A DNA stretch of 64,000 nt from Planctomycetota bacterium (GTDB taxonomy: Bacteria > Planctomycetota > UBA1135 > UBA2386): contig OZ245006.1 in NCBI GenBank assembly GCA_965223545.1, positions 960,001 through 1,024,000 of the forward strand. The letters are read 5' to 3'. How positions within the stretch are numbered: position 1 is the stretch's first letter; each line of letters begins with the position of its first letter. This document shows positions 39,715-50,288 of this stretch, one piece after another. The notes under the pieces were generated by a model that saw only the letters and a program-made list of their open reading frames with translations, made no database searches and had not been told where the DNA came from. A program made the position numbers and the translations under genes.

Positions 39715-39802
39715 GACGCCCTTTTTGACGCATGGGCGCACCGGGTGCAACCGGGATCGGCGTGCGACCGCAAAGGCCGCTCGTGCTATGGTGCGCGCTT
39801 CG

Positions 39803-41875
39803 ATGCGCATCGGCATGGTCAGCACCGAAGTCGCCGGCTACCGCGGCGGCGGCATCGGCACGCACGTGGTCGAGGCGGCGACCGCGCTGACGGGGGCGGG
39901 TCACGAATGCTGGCTGTTCACCGCGCCGCTCGAGGGCGAGGCCGGCGCCGCGCTGCGCCGGCACCCGTCGTTCGCGCGGGTCGAGTTCGTCGGCGAGGGC
40001 CTGCCGCCCGACCAGCGCCTGCCCTACCGGATCAGCAACCACGCGGTCGAGCACGCCACCCGCGTGCACTACCAAGTGCTCGCCGCGGGTGTGCCGTTCG
40101 ACTACATCGAAGTGGCGGACTTCGGCGCCGAGGCGAGCGTGCTGATCGCCGAGCAGCGGATGTTCCGCACGCACGGCGACGCCGTCGTCGCGCTGGTGCT
40201 GCACTCACCCTCCGAGGTCTGCTACCGGTTCAACCGGCAATCGCACTGGCGGACGCCGGCCGTGCAGGAGGTGATCGCCCTCGAGCATCAGGCGATCCGC
40301 CACGCGCCGGTGCTGCTGTCGCCGTCGCGTCGATTGGGAGACATGGTCGCGGAGCGCCTGGACCTCGACCGCGGCCGCATCGGTGAGCTGCGGCCGCCGA
40401 TGCGCCCCGTCGCGCAGCCGCCCGACCCGCCCGCCGCGGCGGCGGCGCTCGCGGACTTGGACTTCGTGTTCTTTGGCCGCCTCGAGCCGCGCAAGGGACT
40501 GACCACGCTGCTCGACGCGTTCGCACAGCTGCCGGAGCTCCGGTTGGACATCATCGGCCCGGACAGCACCGGCGGACCGTTCGCCGACAGCTACGCCGCG
40601 CACTTGGCCGCCCGGTTGCCGGCCAACGTCACGCTCCGCCAACCGCTCGCCCGCGACGCGATGCTGCAGCGCATCGCGCAGGCCGACGTCTGCGTGCTGC
40701 CCTCGCCTTGGGACAACTGGCCCAACACCTGCGTCGAGGCGATGGCGCACCGGCGCGTCGTCCTGGGCGGCCGCAACGGCGGCATGGCGGAGATGATCGA
40801 GCCGGGGGTCAGCGGGTTCTTGTTCGACGGCGGCGATGCCGGCGACTTGGTGCGCTGCATCCGCGACGAGCTGGGCAGTGCGCTCGACCGCCTGAGCGCC
40901 ATCGGCAACGCCGCACAGCGGCGCATCCGCGCCCTGACCGAGCCCAAGCGCTACGTGCACGCGGTCGAGACCATCGTGCGGGGCAATCGCTCCGACCGCG
41001 CCCCGGCGGCGGTGCAGGCGCCGCCGGCCATCGCTCTGGTCGTCACCGATCAGGGCCGGCCGCGCGAAGCCCTGCAGACCACGCTCGCCTCGGTGGCCGC
41101 GCTGCGCGCACCGCCGGCTGACGTGGTGATCGCCTGCCGTCCGCAGCACGAGTCGCTGGCGAGGGGGGCTCGCATGCGAACGTTGACGGGGGCGTGGCCG
41201 ACCAGAGCGGCGGCGCGCAATGATGCCGTCGCGGAAACGAAGGCCGATCTCGTCGTCTTCCTGCACGCGGGTGATCTCGTTGTCCCGGAGTGCCTGGCCG
41301 TGCTCACCGACGTGGCGCAACGCTTTCCGGCGGCGGCGTTGCTCGCTGCACAGTCGCACGTTTTGCACGCGGGCACTCTGCACGGCGTGCTCAATCCGAT
41401 CCCGATCGAGCCCGGCACCGAGATCTCGGCGTACCAGTTCGCGCACCGCGCCATCGCCGTGCGGCGCTCCGCCTGGCAAGACCACGGTCTTTGCTTCGAC
41501 GCGCGGATCGATCGCTACTGCGAGTGGGGTCTGCGGCTCGACGCGCGGCGCGCGGGTCTCGTCGAGGAGATCGTGCCCCGCATCCTGTTCCACCACGAAC
41601 AGCCCGAAGAACCAACCGAGCGCGAGGCGGCGCTGCGCGAGCACCTCTCGCTGCTCGGGCTCTTGGTCGAGCACCACATGGACACCACCGAGGCCGAACG
41701 CGCGCGCCTCACCGCCGCCATCCACGCCTGGGGACTCGGCGCCCTGCACGTGGCGTTTGCCCCGGACCTCGTCGCGATGCAGGACCCGCTCGAACGGCTG
41801 CACGACGTGCTCGCCCGCGAGGCCGACGAAGACGGCGCGCGCCGCTGGCGCCTGCCGTGGTCGCGCCGCCGGTGA
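39803..41875 (+). CDS. GT4 + degenerate GT2 fusion glycosyltransferase
   Basis: GGIGT, FGRLEPRKG, PSPWDNWPNTCVEAM; C-terminal AAARN...VFLHAGD. Confidence 0.82.
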   Translation: MRIGMVSTEVAGYRGGGIGTHVVEAATALTGAGHECWLFTAPLEGEAGAALRRHPSFARVEFVGEGLPPDQRLPYRISNHAVEHATRVHYQVLAAGVPFDYIEVADFGAEASVLIAEQRMFRTHGDAVVALVLHSPSEVCYRFNRQSHWRTPAVQEVIALEHQAIRHAPVLLSPSRRLGDMVAERLDLDRGRIGELRPPMRPVAQPPDPPAAAAALADLDFVFFGRLEPRKGLTTLLDAFAQLPELRLDIIGPDSTGGPFADSYAAHLAARLPANVTLRQPLARDAMLQRIAQADVCVLPSPWDNWPNTCVEAMAHRRVVLGGRNGGMAEMIEPGVSGFLFDGGDAGDLVRCIRDELGSALDRLSAIGNAAQRRIRALTEPKRYVHAVETIVRGNRSDRAPAAVQAPPAIALVVTDQGRPREALQTTLASVAALRAPPADVVIACRPQHESLARGARMRTLTGAWPTRAAARNDAVAETKADLVVFLHAGDLVVPECLAVLTDVAQRFPAAALLAAQSHVLHAGTLHGVLNPIPIEPGTEISAYQFAHRAIAVRRSAWQDHGLCFDARIDRYCEWGLRLDARRAGLVEEIVPRILFHHEQPEEPTEREAALREHLSLLGLLVEHHMDTTEAERARLTAAIHAWGLGALHVAFAPDLVAMQDPLERLHDVLAREADEDGARRWRLPWSRRR

Positions 41876-41882
41876 CGGTCGG

Positions 41883-43298
41883 TCAGGGGCGCCGTTGCAG
41901 CCGGAGCTCGAGCGTCTCCCCGGGCCAGACCCGCTGCGGCGACGGTGCCACCAACCCGTGGCGCGCCCAGCGGAATGCGGGTTGGACCGACACCTGGTAC
42001 TCCGCGGGCAGCAGACCTCGGGCGACGAACCGACCCTCGCCGTCGATGTCCACGTGGCGCGGCACCGGGCCGCCGCCCCCACCTGCCCATTCGAGCACCA
42101 CCTTGGACTCGGTTGCCGGTCGCCCGTCGGGTAGCCGCACTCGACCCCGCACCACGCCGGCGGCCGACCGCACCCGCACGGCGACGGGTGTCACTCCCCC
42201 CGCCACGACCGTCACCGGCGCCAACGGCCAGACCGCGTAGGGCTGGTCTTCCGCTAGAGTCGGACTGAGGTCATAGGTGCCGGGATCGGCAACGCACTCG
42301 GCGCCCGGAACATCCCCCGACTTGCGCATCCGCAGCCGCGCGGAGATGAGCGCGTCGCCTTCGGCCGAACGCCCGGCCAAGCGCAACGAGAAGCCGGGCT
42401 GCACCATACCGTCGATGGAGAACTGCACGCGGCCGCGCCGCTGCAACAGAAACGTCTCGCGGTGGACGGTGTCGACTCCCAACGACACCACGCGACTCGA
42501 AGGCTCCGGCAGCATCCAGCCAAAGCTCTGGTTGCCGTGCACGACCGCGACCCCCACCGGACCCGCCGGCAGCCGGTCGACGCGGACCGTGCCCCGCGCG
42601 TCGGTGCGCGGCAGCGACTCCCACCGCAGCGGACGGCGCCGGCGATCGACGATCTCGCGAACGCGCTCGCGCGGCTCGTCCGGCAGCAGCACCGTCATCC
42701 GCGGCATCGGCACCGCCGGCAGCTCGGTGTCGCCTGGCGCGCCGAAGTGCACGACCACCGAAAGGTCGGGCACCGGCGCACCGGTGTCATCGACGGCCGC
42801 CACCACCATCGACGAGCTCCGCCGCCGCAGCACGACTTGCACGGGGTCGCGGCCCGTCGGTGCGGCGCTGCAGTCCACCAGCTCCTCGGTGAATGCGGGG
42901 GCGTCGGCGGCCAATGGGTTGGCCAGGAGCCACACCGGATCGAGAGCCAACGGGATGCGGCACAGGCCGTCCGGTCCGGTGCGCCTGCGCGCCACCGGCT
43001 GCGCGGCGTCGGCGCCGAACACTTCGACACCGATCCCCGCAAGCGGCTGCCGTTGCGCGTCGCAAACCGACACCACGAACTCGGCGCCGCCGAGATCGCG
43101 ACGTCCTTGCAGCTCCGGCACCGCACGCTCGGTCCCCCCCGCCACCTGCGACGGCCTTGCCGCGGACTCGCTGCGTTGACCGGAGCTTCGCTCGGGACCC
43201 GCCGGCGGAACGATGGCAATCGTCGAGCAGCGGGACACTCCGGCGAGAATCAGCAGCCCCGCGCCCAGCAGAGCGACCGACCACCGCACACGGCTCAC
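41883..43298 (-). CDS. Membrane-anchored carboxypeptidase-regulatory-like domain protein
   Basis: N-terminal TM; repeated V.D..G.P / TD..G motifs; start inferred. Confidence 0.7.
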   Translation of the reverse strand: MSRVRWSVALLGAGLLILAGVSRCSTIAIVPPAGPERSSGQRSESAARPSQVAGGTERAVPELQGRRDLGGAEFVVSVCDAQRQPLAGIGVEVFGADAAQPVARRRTGPDGLCRIPLALDPVWLLANPLAADAPAFTEELVDCSAAPTGRDPVQVVLRRRSSSMVVAAVDDTGAPVPDLSVVVHFGAPGDTELPAVPMPRMTVLLPDEPRERVREIVDRRRRPLRWESLPRTDARGTVRVDRLPAGPVGVAVVHGNQSFGWMLPEPSSRVVSLGVDTVHRETFLLQRRGRVQFSIDGMVQPGFSLRLAGRSAEGDALISARLRMRKSGDVPGAECVADPGTYDLSPTLAEDQPYAVWPLAPVTVVAGGVTPVAVRVRSAAGVVRGRVRLPDGRPATESKVVLEWAGGGGGPVPRHVDIDGEGRFVARGLLPAEYQVSVQPAFRWARHGLVAPSPQRVWPGETLELRLQRRP

Positions 43299-43393
43299 AC
43301 CGACCTCGACCGCATGACACCACGAGGATACCGCAGGTTGGGAAACCCACCCGAACGTTCCCCACCGAGCGGCAGCGCGGTAGCGTCGCCGCC

Positions 43394-44308
43394 GTGCATC
43401 CAACGCCCGTCGAGGTCCGCGGCCTGGCCAAGTCGTACGGGGCACACGTCGCTCTACGCGGCCTCGATCTCGCCGTGCCGCGCGGCGCGGTCTACGGCTT
43501 TCTCGGCCCCAACGGCGCCGGCAAGACCACCGCGCTGCGCATCCTGCTCGGCTTGCTGCGCGCCGACTCCGGCAGCGCCACGGTGCTCGGCCACGACTGC
43601 TGGCGCGAGGGATCCGCGCTGCGCGCGCACGTCGGCAGCCTGGCCGGCGATGTGCGCCTGCCCGGCTGGATGCGCGGGCGCGACGCGCTGCACTACTGCG
43701 GGGCGGCGCGCGGCGTCGAACTGCGCAGTCCGGGAGCGGCGCTGGCCGAGCGCCTCGACCTCGACCTCGACGTCGCGGTGCAGGACATGTCGCGCGGCAT
43801 GCGGCAGAAGCTCGGCCTGATCGCAGCGCTGGCACCAGCGCCCGCGGTGCTGATCCTCGACGAGCCGACCGGCGGGCTCGACCCGATCGCGCAACGCCGC
43901 TTGGCCGAGATCCTGCGCGAGCGCGCCGGCGGCGGCGCCACGGTGCTGTTCTCGAGCCACGTGCTGAGCGAGGTGCAGGAGCTCTGCGATCGGGTCGCGA
44001 TCCTGCGGCGCGGTGCCCTGGTCGCCGACGAGGCGCTGGCGAGCTTGCGCGCGCGGGCGCCGCGCAGCGTGACCGTGCGCTTCGCCGGACCCGCCCCCGA
44101 CCGATGGCCGGAGTGCCTGCACCGTTCCCCGGGCGCCGTGGATGGCGACGCCAACGTCTGGCACGCCGACCTCGCCGCGCCGCCCGCGGCGCTGATCGAG
44201 TGGCTCGGTGGCCAGCGCATCGACGACCTGGAGCTCGCGCCACCGGACCTCGACCGTTTGTTTCACGCCTACTACGACGAGGCTCTCGACCCGGGGTCCG
44301 AAGCGTGA
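43394..44308 (+). CDS. ABC transporter ATP-binding protein
   Basis: GPNGAGKTT, SRGMRQK, LILDEPT, SSH. Confidence 0.93.
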   Translation: MHPTPVEVRGLAKSYGAHVALRGLDLAVPRGAVYGFLGPNGAGKTTALRILLGLLRADSGSATVLGHDCWREGSALRAHVGSLAGDVRLPGWMRGRDALHYCGAARGVELRSPGAALAERLDLDLDVAVQDMSRGMRQKLGLIAALAPAPAVLILDEPTGGLDPIAQRRLAEILRERAGGGATVLFSSHVLSEVQELCDRVAILRRGALVADEALASLRARAPRSVTVRFAGPAPDRWPECLHRSPGAVDGDANVWHADLAAPPAALIEWLGGQRIDDLELAPPDLDRLFHAYYDEALDPGSEA

Positions 44309-45117
44309 ACCGCGGCCTCTGGTTCAAGGCGTGGCGCGAGACCCGCATCACCACCGCACTGTTCGCGGCGGCCGCGTTCGCCATGCACCTGGCGCTCGCG
44401 CTGGTGCTGCCGACCTTCTTGAGCGAAGGCCTCGGCGCGCTGGTGCAGGCCGCCCCCTTCCGCGCGGTGATCCGCGCGCTGGTCGGTCCCGCCGGCGATC
44501 AGTTCGGGCCGCAGGTGCTGGTCTCGCTCGCCTGGATCCACCCGGTCGTGCTGACCATCCTGTGGGCGCACGCGGTGGTGCTCGCCGCGCGGCTCCCGGC
44601 CGAGATCGAACGCGGCACGATCGACTTCACCCTGGGCGTGCCGGTCTCGCGCGCACAGGTGATCCTCACCGAGGTCCTGGTGTGGGCCGTCGGGGCGTGC
44701 CTGCTGCTGGCTGCCGAGCTCGGTGGCCACCTGCTCGGCCGCGCACTGGTCGAGCCGCCGTCGGTGCCGACAGCGTGGCAGCTCACTGCCGTATTGGCCA
44801 ACCAGCTGGCGCTGGTGGCGGCGGTGGCGGGCGCCGCGTTCTTCATCGCCGCGCGCAGCGAGCGCCGCGGCCGCGCCACCGGCGCCGCATTCGCCCTGCT
44901 GCTGGCGGCGTTCTTCTGGCACGTGCTCGGTCAGTTTTGGCGCCCGGCCGGCGACCTCGCGTTCTTGGGACCGATGCACTGGTATCGGCCACCCGAGCTG
45001 CTGGCGGAGGGAGCCGCGTTCCCGTGGGCGGCCATCGCGGTGCTGGGCACCACAGCGCTGATCGCTTTCGCCGCCGCGGTCCGCACTTTTGACCGACGCA
45101 ACATCAACACCCTGTGA
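44305..45117 (+). CDS. ABC-2 type permease
   Basis: Multiple TM segments, EIERGT...P.SR; GTGA overlap. Confidence 0.88.
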   Translation: MNRGLWFKAWRETRITTALFAAAAFAMHLALALVLPTFLSEGLGALVQAAPFRAVIRALVGPAGDQFGPQVLVSLAWIHPVVLTILWAHAVVLAARLPAEIERGTIDFTLGVPVSRAQVILTEVLVWAVGACLLLAAELGGHLLGRALVEPPSVPTAWQLTAVLANQLALVAAVAGAAFFIAARSERRGRATGAAFALLLAAFFWHVLGQFWRPAGDLAFLGPMHWYRPPELLAEGAAFPWAAIAVLGTTALIAFAAAVRTFDRRNINTL

Positions 45118-45185
45118 GGGCGAACAGCGCGCGAGGAGGCGCGATACACTGGGCCGACACATTGGGCCCACCCAAGGAGCTCGAC

Positions 45186-47726
45186 ATGCTGCAGGCACTC
45201 GCCGTGACGCCTCTGGTCCTCTCCGCGGCAGCGATTCTCGCCGGCGGTTCCGCCGCGGCGCAGCGCCCGCTGCTGTCTCCGCCGAGCGCCATGCTCCCCA
45301 CGATCGCCAAGAACACCGCCGCGATTGTCGCCGGCGACCTCGACGGCGACGGTGACCTCGACGCCTACACCGCTGCCGGCGAAATCTACCTGAATGCCGG
45401 ACACGCGAGCTTCGTCGCGCGACGGGCGCTGGGCGCGACGTCGGGATTGTCAGGGACTGCGACAGCGCTGGCCGACGTCGACGGCGACGGCGACCTCGAC
45501 GCCCTGACTGCCACCCGGAGTGGGCGCAACCTCCTCTACCTGAACGACGGCACCGGCACGTTCACCAATGCAACCAACAGGATGCCGGCGGACTCGCACG
45601 ACTCCCGCGGCGTGGTCGCGGCCGACTTCGACGGCGACGGTGACGTCGACGCGGTGTTCGGCAACACCGGCACGTTCTTCGGCTTGGACGCGCAGACGCG
45701 GCTCTACCTGAACGACGGTACCGGCACCTTCACCGACGCCACGCAAGGGCGCATGCCGCAGGACTCCGACTCGACGACTTCACTCGCCGCCGGCGATGTG
45801 GATGGCGATGGCGACGTCGACGTCGTGGTCGGCAACGAGCACTTCGGCCAGGTCGCGCAGAACCGGCTGTACTTGAACGACGGCAGCGGCGTGTTCCGCG
45901 ATGCGACGGCGACCTCGATGCCACCGGTCAACCTCAGGACGTTCTCCGTGGCGCTGGGTGACGCCGACGGAGACGGCGACCTCGACCTGTTCACCGGCAA
46001 CAGCAACCGCCCCAACCGGTTCTACCGCAACGACGGCGCCGGCGTCTTCGCCGAGGTCGCGAGCAGCTTTTCGATGCGCTCGGAGTCCACCGCGTCGGTT
46101 CAACTCGGCGACGTGGACGGCGACGGCGACCTCGACGCATTGGTCGCCAACGCGATCCACCCCAACCGGCTCTTCCTCAATGACGGCAGCGGCGGGTTCA
46201 CCCAGGTCGGCGCGCCGACGTTCGTCGAAGACGAGGACCCTAGCCAGAGCGCCGTCCTCGCCGATTTCGACGGCGATGGCGACACCGACATCATCATCGG
46301 CAACACCGGCGGGGACCGTCTCTACCTCAACGACGGCAGCGGCGCCTTCGCCGACCCGGACCGCACGCGAATTCCGGCCGACTCGGCCACCACGTCAGCG
46401 GTCGCGGCAGCCGACTTGAACGGCGACCACTTCGTGGACGTGGTGCTCGGCCACGACTTCGGCGAGCGGACGCGACTCTATCTCAACACGGGCGACGGCG
46501 GCTTCATCGACGCGACCGACAACTTGCCGTTCGACAACGATTTCACCGACGCGGTCGTGCTGGGCGACGTCGACGGCGATCGCGATTCCGACGTCCTGAT
46601 CGCCAACTGCTGCGGCCAGCCGATGCGGCTCTACCTCAACAACGGTCTGGGCGTGTTCTCCGACGCGACCGGCACGCGGTTGCCGTCGGGCACCGGCAGC
46701 ACACAAGAGCTGGTGCTCGGCGATCTCGACGGCGACCGGGACCCGGACGTGTGGTACGTCAACCTCGGGCGCAACGGCGTCCTGATCAACGGTGGAAACG
46801 GCGTCTTCACCAACGAGTCCAACGCCCGTCTACCGCCGATCGGCGCCAGCACGCTGACCGGCGCGCTGCTGGACGTGGATGGCGACGGTGACCTCGACGC
46901 GTTCTCCGGCAACACCAACTTCGAGCAGGATCGACTCTACCTCAACGACGGCGAGGGCTTCTTCACGGACGTCACCGATACGCACCTGCCGGTCGACAGC
47001 TCGTTCACCTTCCAGTCGGCAGTGGGCGACGTCGACGCGGACGGCGACGCCGACTTGATGCTGGGCGGGGGCGGCTCGCAGACGCGGCTCTACCTCAACG
47101 ACGGCAGCGGTGTGTTTCAGGACGCCACGGCGACCAACGTCCCGGCCGACGGCCTGACCGCCATGTCCCTGTCGTTGCGAGACTTCGACAACGACGGTGA
47201 TCTGGACGCGTTCATCGGCACGCTGTCCGGCGGCGACGCCCTGTACGAGAACGACGGAGCCGGCGTGTTTCGCGACGCGTCGGCCGACCTCCTGGAATCC
47301 GTATCGGGCAACTTCGCCACGGCCGCGGGCGACTTCGATGCCGATGGCGATGTCGACCTCTTCGTCGCCTCATCCGCGCAGAACTCGGCCTACCTCAACC
47401 GCCTCCGGCAGCTCGAAGTCCGCGCGTTGCCGCGCATCGGCCGCCCGCTCGACTTCGACCTGTCCGGCCCGGAGGGCGGCAGCTGGACCCTCTTCGCGGC
47501 CACCGCCGCGGTCCGCCTACCGACGCCGTTCGGTGCGCTGCGCCTCGACCCGGCCACGATCGTCGCCGCCGGCGCCGGCGCGCTCGACGGCAATGGCCAC
47601 GGAGGGTTGGGATTCGTCGTGCCGGCCCTGCCGGCAGCCGTCGGCACGACGGTCTACTGGCAAGCGGTCGTGGGTACGCCGTTCGCGCTGACCAACCTCG
47701 AGCCGACCACGTTCACCGGCTACTGA
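45186..47726 (+). CDS. Secreted FG-GAP/VCBS repeat protein
   Basis: AAGGAG RBS, signal peptide, about 14 GDxDGDGDxD...LYLNDG.G.F repeats. Confidence 0.92.
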   Translation: MLQALAVTPLVLSAAAILAGGSAAAQRPLLSPPSAMLPTIAKNTAAIVAGDLDGDGDLDAYTAAGEIYLNAGHASFVARRALGATSGLSGTATALADVDGDGDLDALTATRSGRNLLYLNDGTGTFTNATNRMPADSHDSRGVVAADFDGDGDVDAVFGNTGTFFGLDAQTRLYLNDGTGTFTDATQGRMPQDSDSTTSLAAGDVDGDGDVDVVVGNEHFGQVAQNRLYLNDGSGVFRDATATSMPPVNLRTFSVALGDADGDGDLDLFTGNSNRPNRFYRNDGAGVFAEVASSFSMRSESTASVQLGDVDGDGDLDALVANAIHPNRLFLNDGSGGFTQVGAPTFVEDEDPSQSAVLADFDGDGDTDIIIGNTGGDRLYLNDGSGAFADPDRTRIPADSATTSAVAAADLNGDHFVDVVLGHDFGERTRLYLNTGDGGFIDATDNLPFDNDFTDAVVLGDVDGDRDSDVLIANCCGQPMRLYLNNGLGVFSDATGTRLPSGTGSTQELVLGDLDGDRDPDVWYVNLGRNGVLINGGNGVFTNESNARLPPIGASTLTGALLDVDGDGDLDAFSGNTNFEQDRLYLNDGEGFFTDVTDTHLPVDSSFTFQSAVGDVDADGDADLMLGGGGSQTRLYLNDGSGVFQDATATNVPADGLTAMSLSLRDFDNDGDLDAFIGTLSGGDALYENDGAGVFRDASADLLESVSGNFATAAGDFDADGDVDLFVASSAQNSAYLNRLRQLEVRALPRIGRPLDFDLSGPEGGSWTLFAATAAVRLPTPFGALRLDPATIVAAGAGALDGNGHGGLGFVVPALPAAVGTTVYWQAVVGTPFALTNLEPTTFTGY

Positions 47727-47727
47727 A

Positions 47728-49158
47728 TCAGCGCACCGGACCCAGCCAGCGCCGAAAGATCTCGCCGACATCGACCCCGGTCACCTCCTCGCACGAGGCC
47801 GGCAGTCGGTCGAGGTCGAGGGGGCGCTCGGCGCCCTCGACCATCAGGCGGCGCACCAGGTCGGCCAAGGACTTCTCGCCGCCGGTCGCCGCGCGGATCG
47901 CTTCGTCGATCTCGAAGGCCATGAGGCCGCCCCGCGCGAACACGTTGCGCCCGGTGCGAAAGTCCTGCGCATAGCGCGTGCTCGCGATGCGCGACACCTC
48001 GGCGAGCGGCAGCGCGTTGAGAAACGCAGGCGAACCCCGCAGCGGAATCCTGAAGCGGCGCCGGACCAGCTCCTGCCGGAAGCCGTCGCCCATCCCGCCC
48101 TCCTCGGCCAGCGCGGCCGCCGCGACGTACTGACCCCACCCCTCGCTGAACCAGATCGAATCGAGGACCGGCGACACCTCCCAGCAAAACGGGAAGTACC
48201 CGGGGCCGGCGCATCGCTTGGGGATCCACGAGTGCGCCATGTGGTGCGCCAGGTTGTAGAGGCCACGCCGCCCGCCGCCCTCCGCTGTGAGCACCATGCT
48301 CGTGTCGGCGAAGATGGTGCAGCTCTCCATGTGCTCCATGGAGAAGCCGTAGCCGTGCTCGGGCGAACGCGGCACGACGAACTCGGCGTGCACCGTGTAG
48401 CGCTTCATCGGCGCGCCGTCGAAGTACGCCGTCAGCGCATCCAACGCCACCACCGCCTGCTGGCCCAAAGCCTCGATCGCCGACGGCGCCTCCGCGTACT
48501 GGACGACGAACAGCGGCACGCTCGCTTGGAACGCGCGCACCTCGATATCGGGCCCCATGATCAGCTGGCTGTCGGCGAGGCCGTAGTAGTCCCTCGCCCT
48601 TGCCGTCGCCGCGCCGCGGCCGGGCTCCGCCTGCGGCGCCAGCGTCGACAGCACCGGCCAGTCGTCGGGGCCACGCGCCACCAGCTCGACCGGCCGGCTC
48701 TCGAATCCCTCGGCGAACGCGAACACCGAGTAGCCGAGCAGGCCCAGATAGCCGGGCCGCGCCTTGGAGGAATCCGCCGCCGTCAGGATCTCCAGCTCTT
48801 GCGCGTCGACGTCGACGGCGTAGCGCACGCGGCGCGCCGCCGCAGGTCCACGACCGAGCTGCCAACGCGGGCCGTCGGCGTCCTTTGCTACTTCGAGGGC
48901 GCGCCCCTCCGCGTCGAAGGCCAAGGGGTCGCGCACCCAGCGATCGTAGGGAACGTCGCCGTAGCCCATCGGCACGGCGCGCGGCATCACCAGCACCCGA
49001 GCCGGTTGGGGTAGCGTCATTTCCACCACCACCCGGCCGTGGACCGCGGGGTCGTAGTCGAGCCGGTAGCGGATTTGCGCCGGGCTGCGCGCGCTCAGCA
49101 CGCCACTGACCAACGCGGCGACGAGTGCGGCGAGCGCGAGAGGCTTGGGGCAAGGCAT
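47728..49158 (-). CDS. M61-like metallopeptidase homolog (HHxxH variant)
   Basis: LADSQL, SMEH, AHHMAHSW.PKR, WFSEG. Confidence 0.75.
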   Translation of the reverse strand: MPCPKPLALAALVAALVSGVLSARSPAQIRYRLDYDPAVHGRVVVEMTLPQPARVLVMPRAVPMGYGDVPYDRWVRDPLAFDAEGRALEVAKDADGPRWQLGRGPAAARRVRYAVDVDAQELEILTAADSSKARPGYLGLLGYSVFAFAEGFESRPVELVARGPDDWPVLSTLAPQAEPGRGAATARARDYYGLADSQLIMGPDIEVRAFQASVPLFVVQYAEAPSAIEALGQQAVVALDALTAYFDGAPMKRYTVHAEFVVPRSPEHGYGFSMEHMESCTIFADTSMVLTAEGGGRRGLYNLAHHMAHSWIPKRCAGPGYFPFCWEVSPVLDSIWFSEGWGQYVAAAALAEEGGMGDGFRQELVRRRFRIPLRGSPAFLNALPLAEVSRIASTRYAQDFRTGRNVFARGGLMAFEIDEAIRAATGGEKSLADLVRRLMVEGAERPLDLDRLPASCEEVTGVDVGEIFRRWLGPVR

Positions 49159-49256
49159 GCGTCGCCCCCAACATATCGGCGATGGAGCGCGGGCGGGCCA
49201 CCGCCGCGCCATCGACACCCGGTGAAGCGCAGGCCCGGCGCGCGTAACGTGTCGCC

Positions 49257-50288
49257 ATGAACTTGCAGGACAAAGTCGCGCTGGTCGCCGGCGCGACGCG
49301 CGGCGCCGGCCGCGGCATCGCCCGCGCCCTCGGCGAAGCGGGCGCGGTGGTCTACTGCACCGGGCGCAGCAGCCGCGGCGGCGACGTCGATCCCAAGCGG
49401 CCCGAGACGATCGAGGAGACCGCCGAGCTGGTCGATACCGCTGGCGGCCGCGGGATTCCGGTGCGCGTCGACCACACCGACGAGGCGGCGGTCGAGACGC
49501 TGTTCGCCCGCGTGCGCGACGACCACGGCCGGCTCGATCTCCTGGTCAACGACATCTGGGGCGGCGACGCGCTCACCGAGTGGGGTGTGCCCTTCTGGCT
49601 GGCCGACGTCGGGCAGGGGTTCACGATGATGGAGCGCGCCATCCACACGCACATCATCACCAGCCGGCACGGCGTTCCGCTGATGCTCGACGGCGAGGGC
49701 GGGCTGGTCGTCGAGCTCACCGACGGCGCGTTCTACGGCTACCGCGGCCAGCTGTTCTACGACCTGTGCAAGATGTCGGTGATCCGGCTCGCGTACGCGA
49801 TGGCGGTCGAGCTCGAAGACCAGCCGATCACCGCGGTGGCGATCACGCCCGGCTTTCTGCGCTCGGAGGCCGTGCTCGACCACTTTGGCGTCGAGGAAGA
49901 CAACTGGCGCGACGCGATCGCCAAGGACCCCCACTTCGCGGAGTCCGAGACGCCGCTCTTGGTCGGGCGCGCGATCGCCGCGCTCGCCGCGGATCCCGAT
50001 GTGCGGCGCTACAACGGCCAGGTGCTGGCGAGCTGGGACGTCACCAGGCACTACGGCATCACCGACGTCGACGGCCGACGACCCCACTGGGACGAGCATC
50101 TCGACGGCGCGATCGAAGAGCTGTTGGAACGCGACGCACCGAGCGCCGACGACTTGATGCTGCTCGGGTTTCGGCGTTCGCAGCTGGACTTCGACGCGGG
50201 GCGCGCGGCGCAGCGCGCGCGCATCGATGCGTTTCTCGAGCGACACCGGCGTGCGGCGGGCGGTGGCTCGGCCGCGGCCGATCAGTGA
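49257..50288 (+). CDS. SDR-family oxidoreductase
   Basis: AGATRGAGRG, LVND, YDLCK, PGFLRSE. Confidence 0.9.
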   Translation: MNLQDKVALVAGATRGAGRGIARALGEAGAVVYCTGRSSRGGDVDPKRPETIEETAELVDTAGGRGIPVRVDHTDEAAVETLFARVRDDHGRLDLLVNDIWGGDALTEWGVPFWLADVGQGFTMMERAIHTHIITSRHGVPLMLDGEGGLVVELTDGAFYGYRGQLFYDLCKMSVIRLAYAMAVELEDQPITAVAITPGFLRSEAVLDHFGVEEDNWRDAIAKDPHFAESETPLLVGRAIAALAADPDVRRYNGQVLASWDVTRHYGITDVDGRRPHWDEHLDGAIEELLERDAPSADDLMLLGFRRSQLDFDAGRAAQRARIDAFLERHRRAAGGGSAAADQ

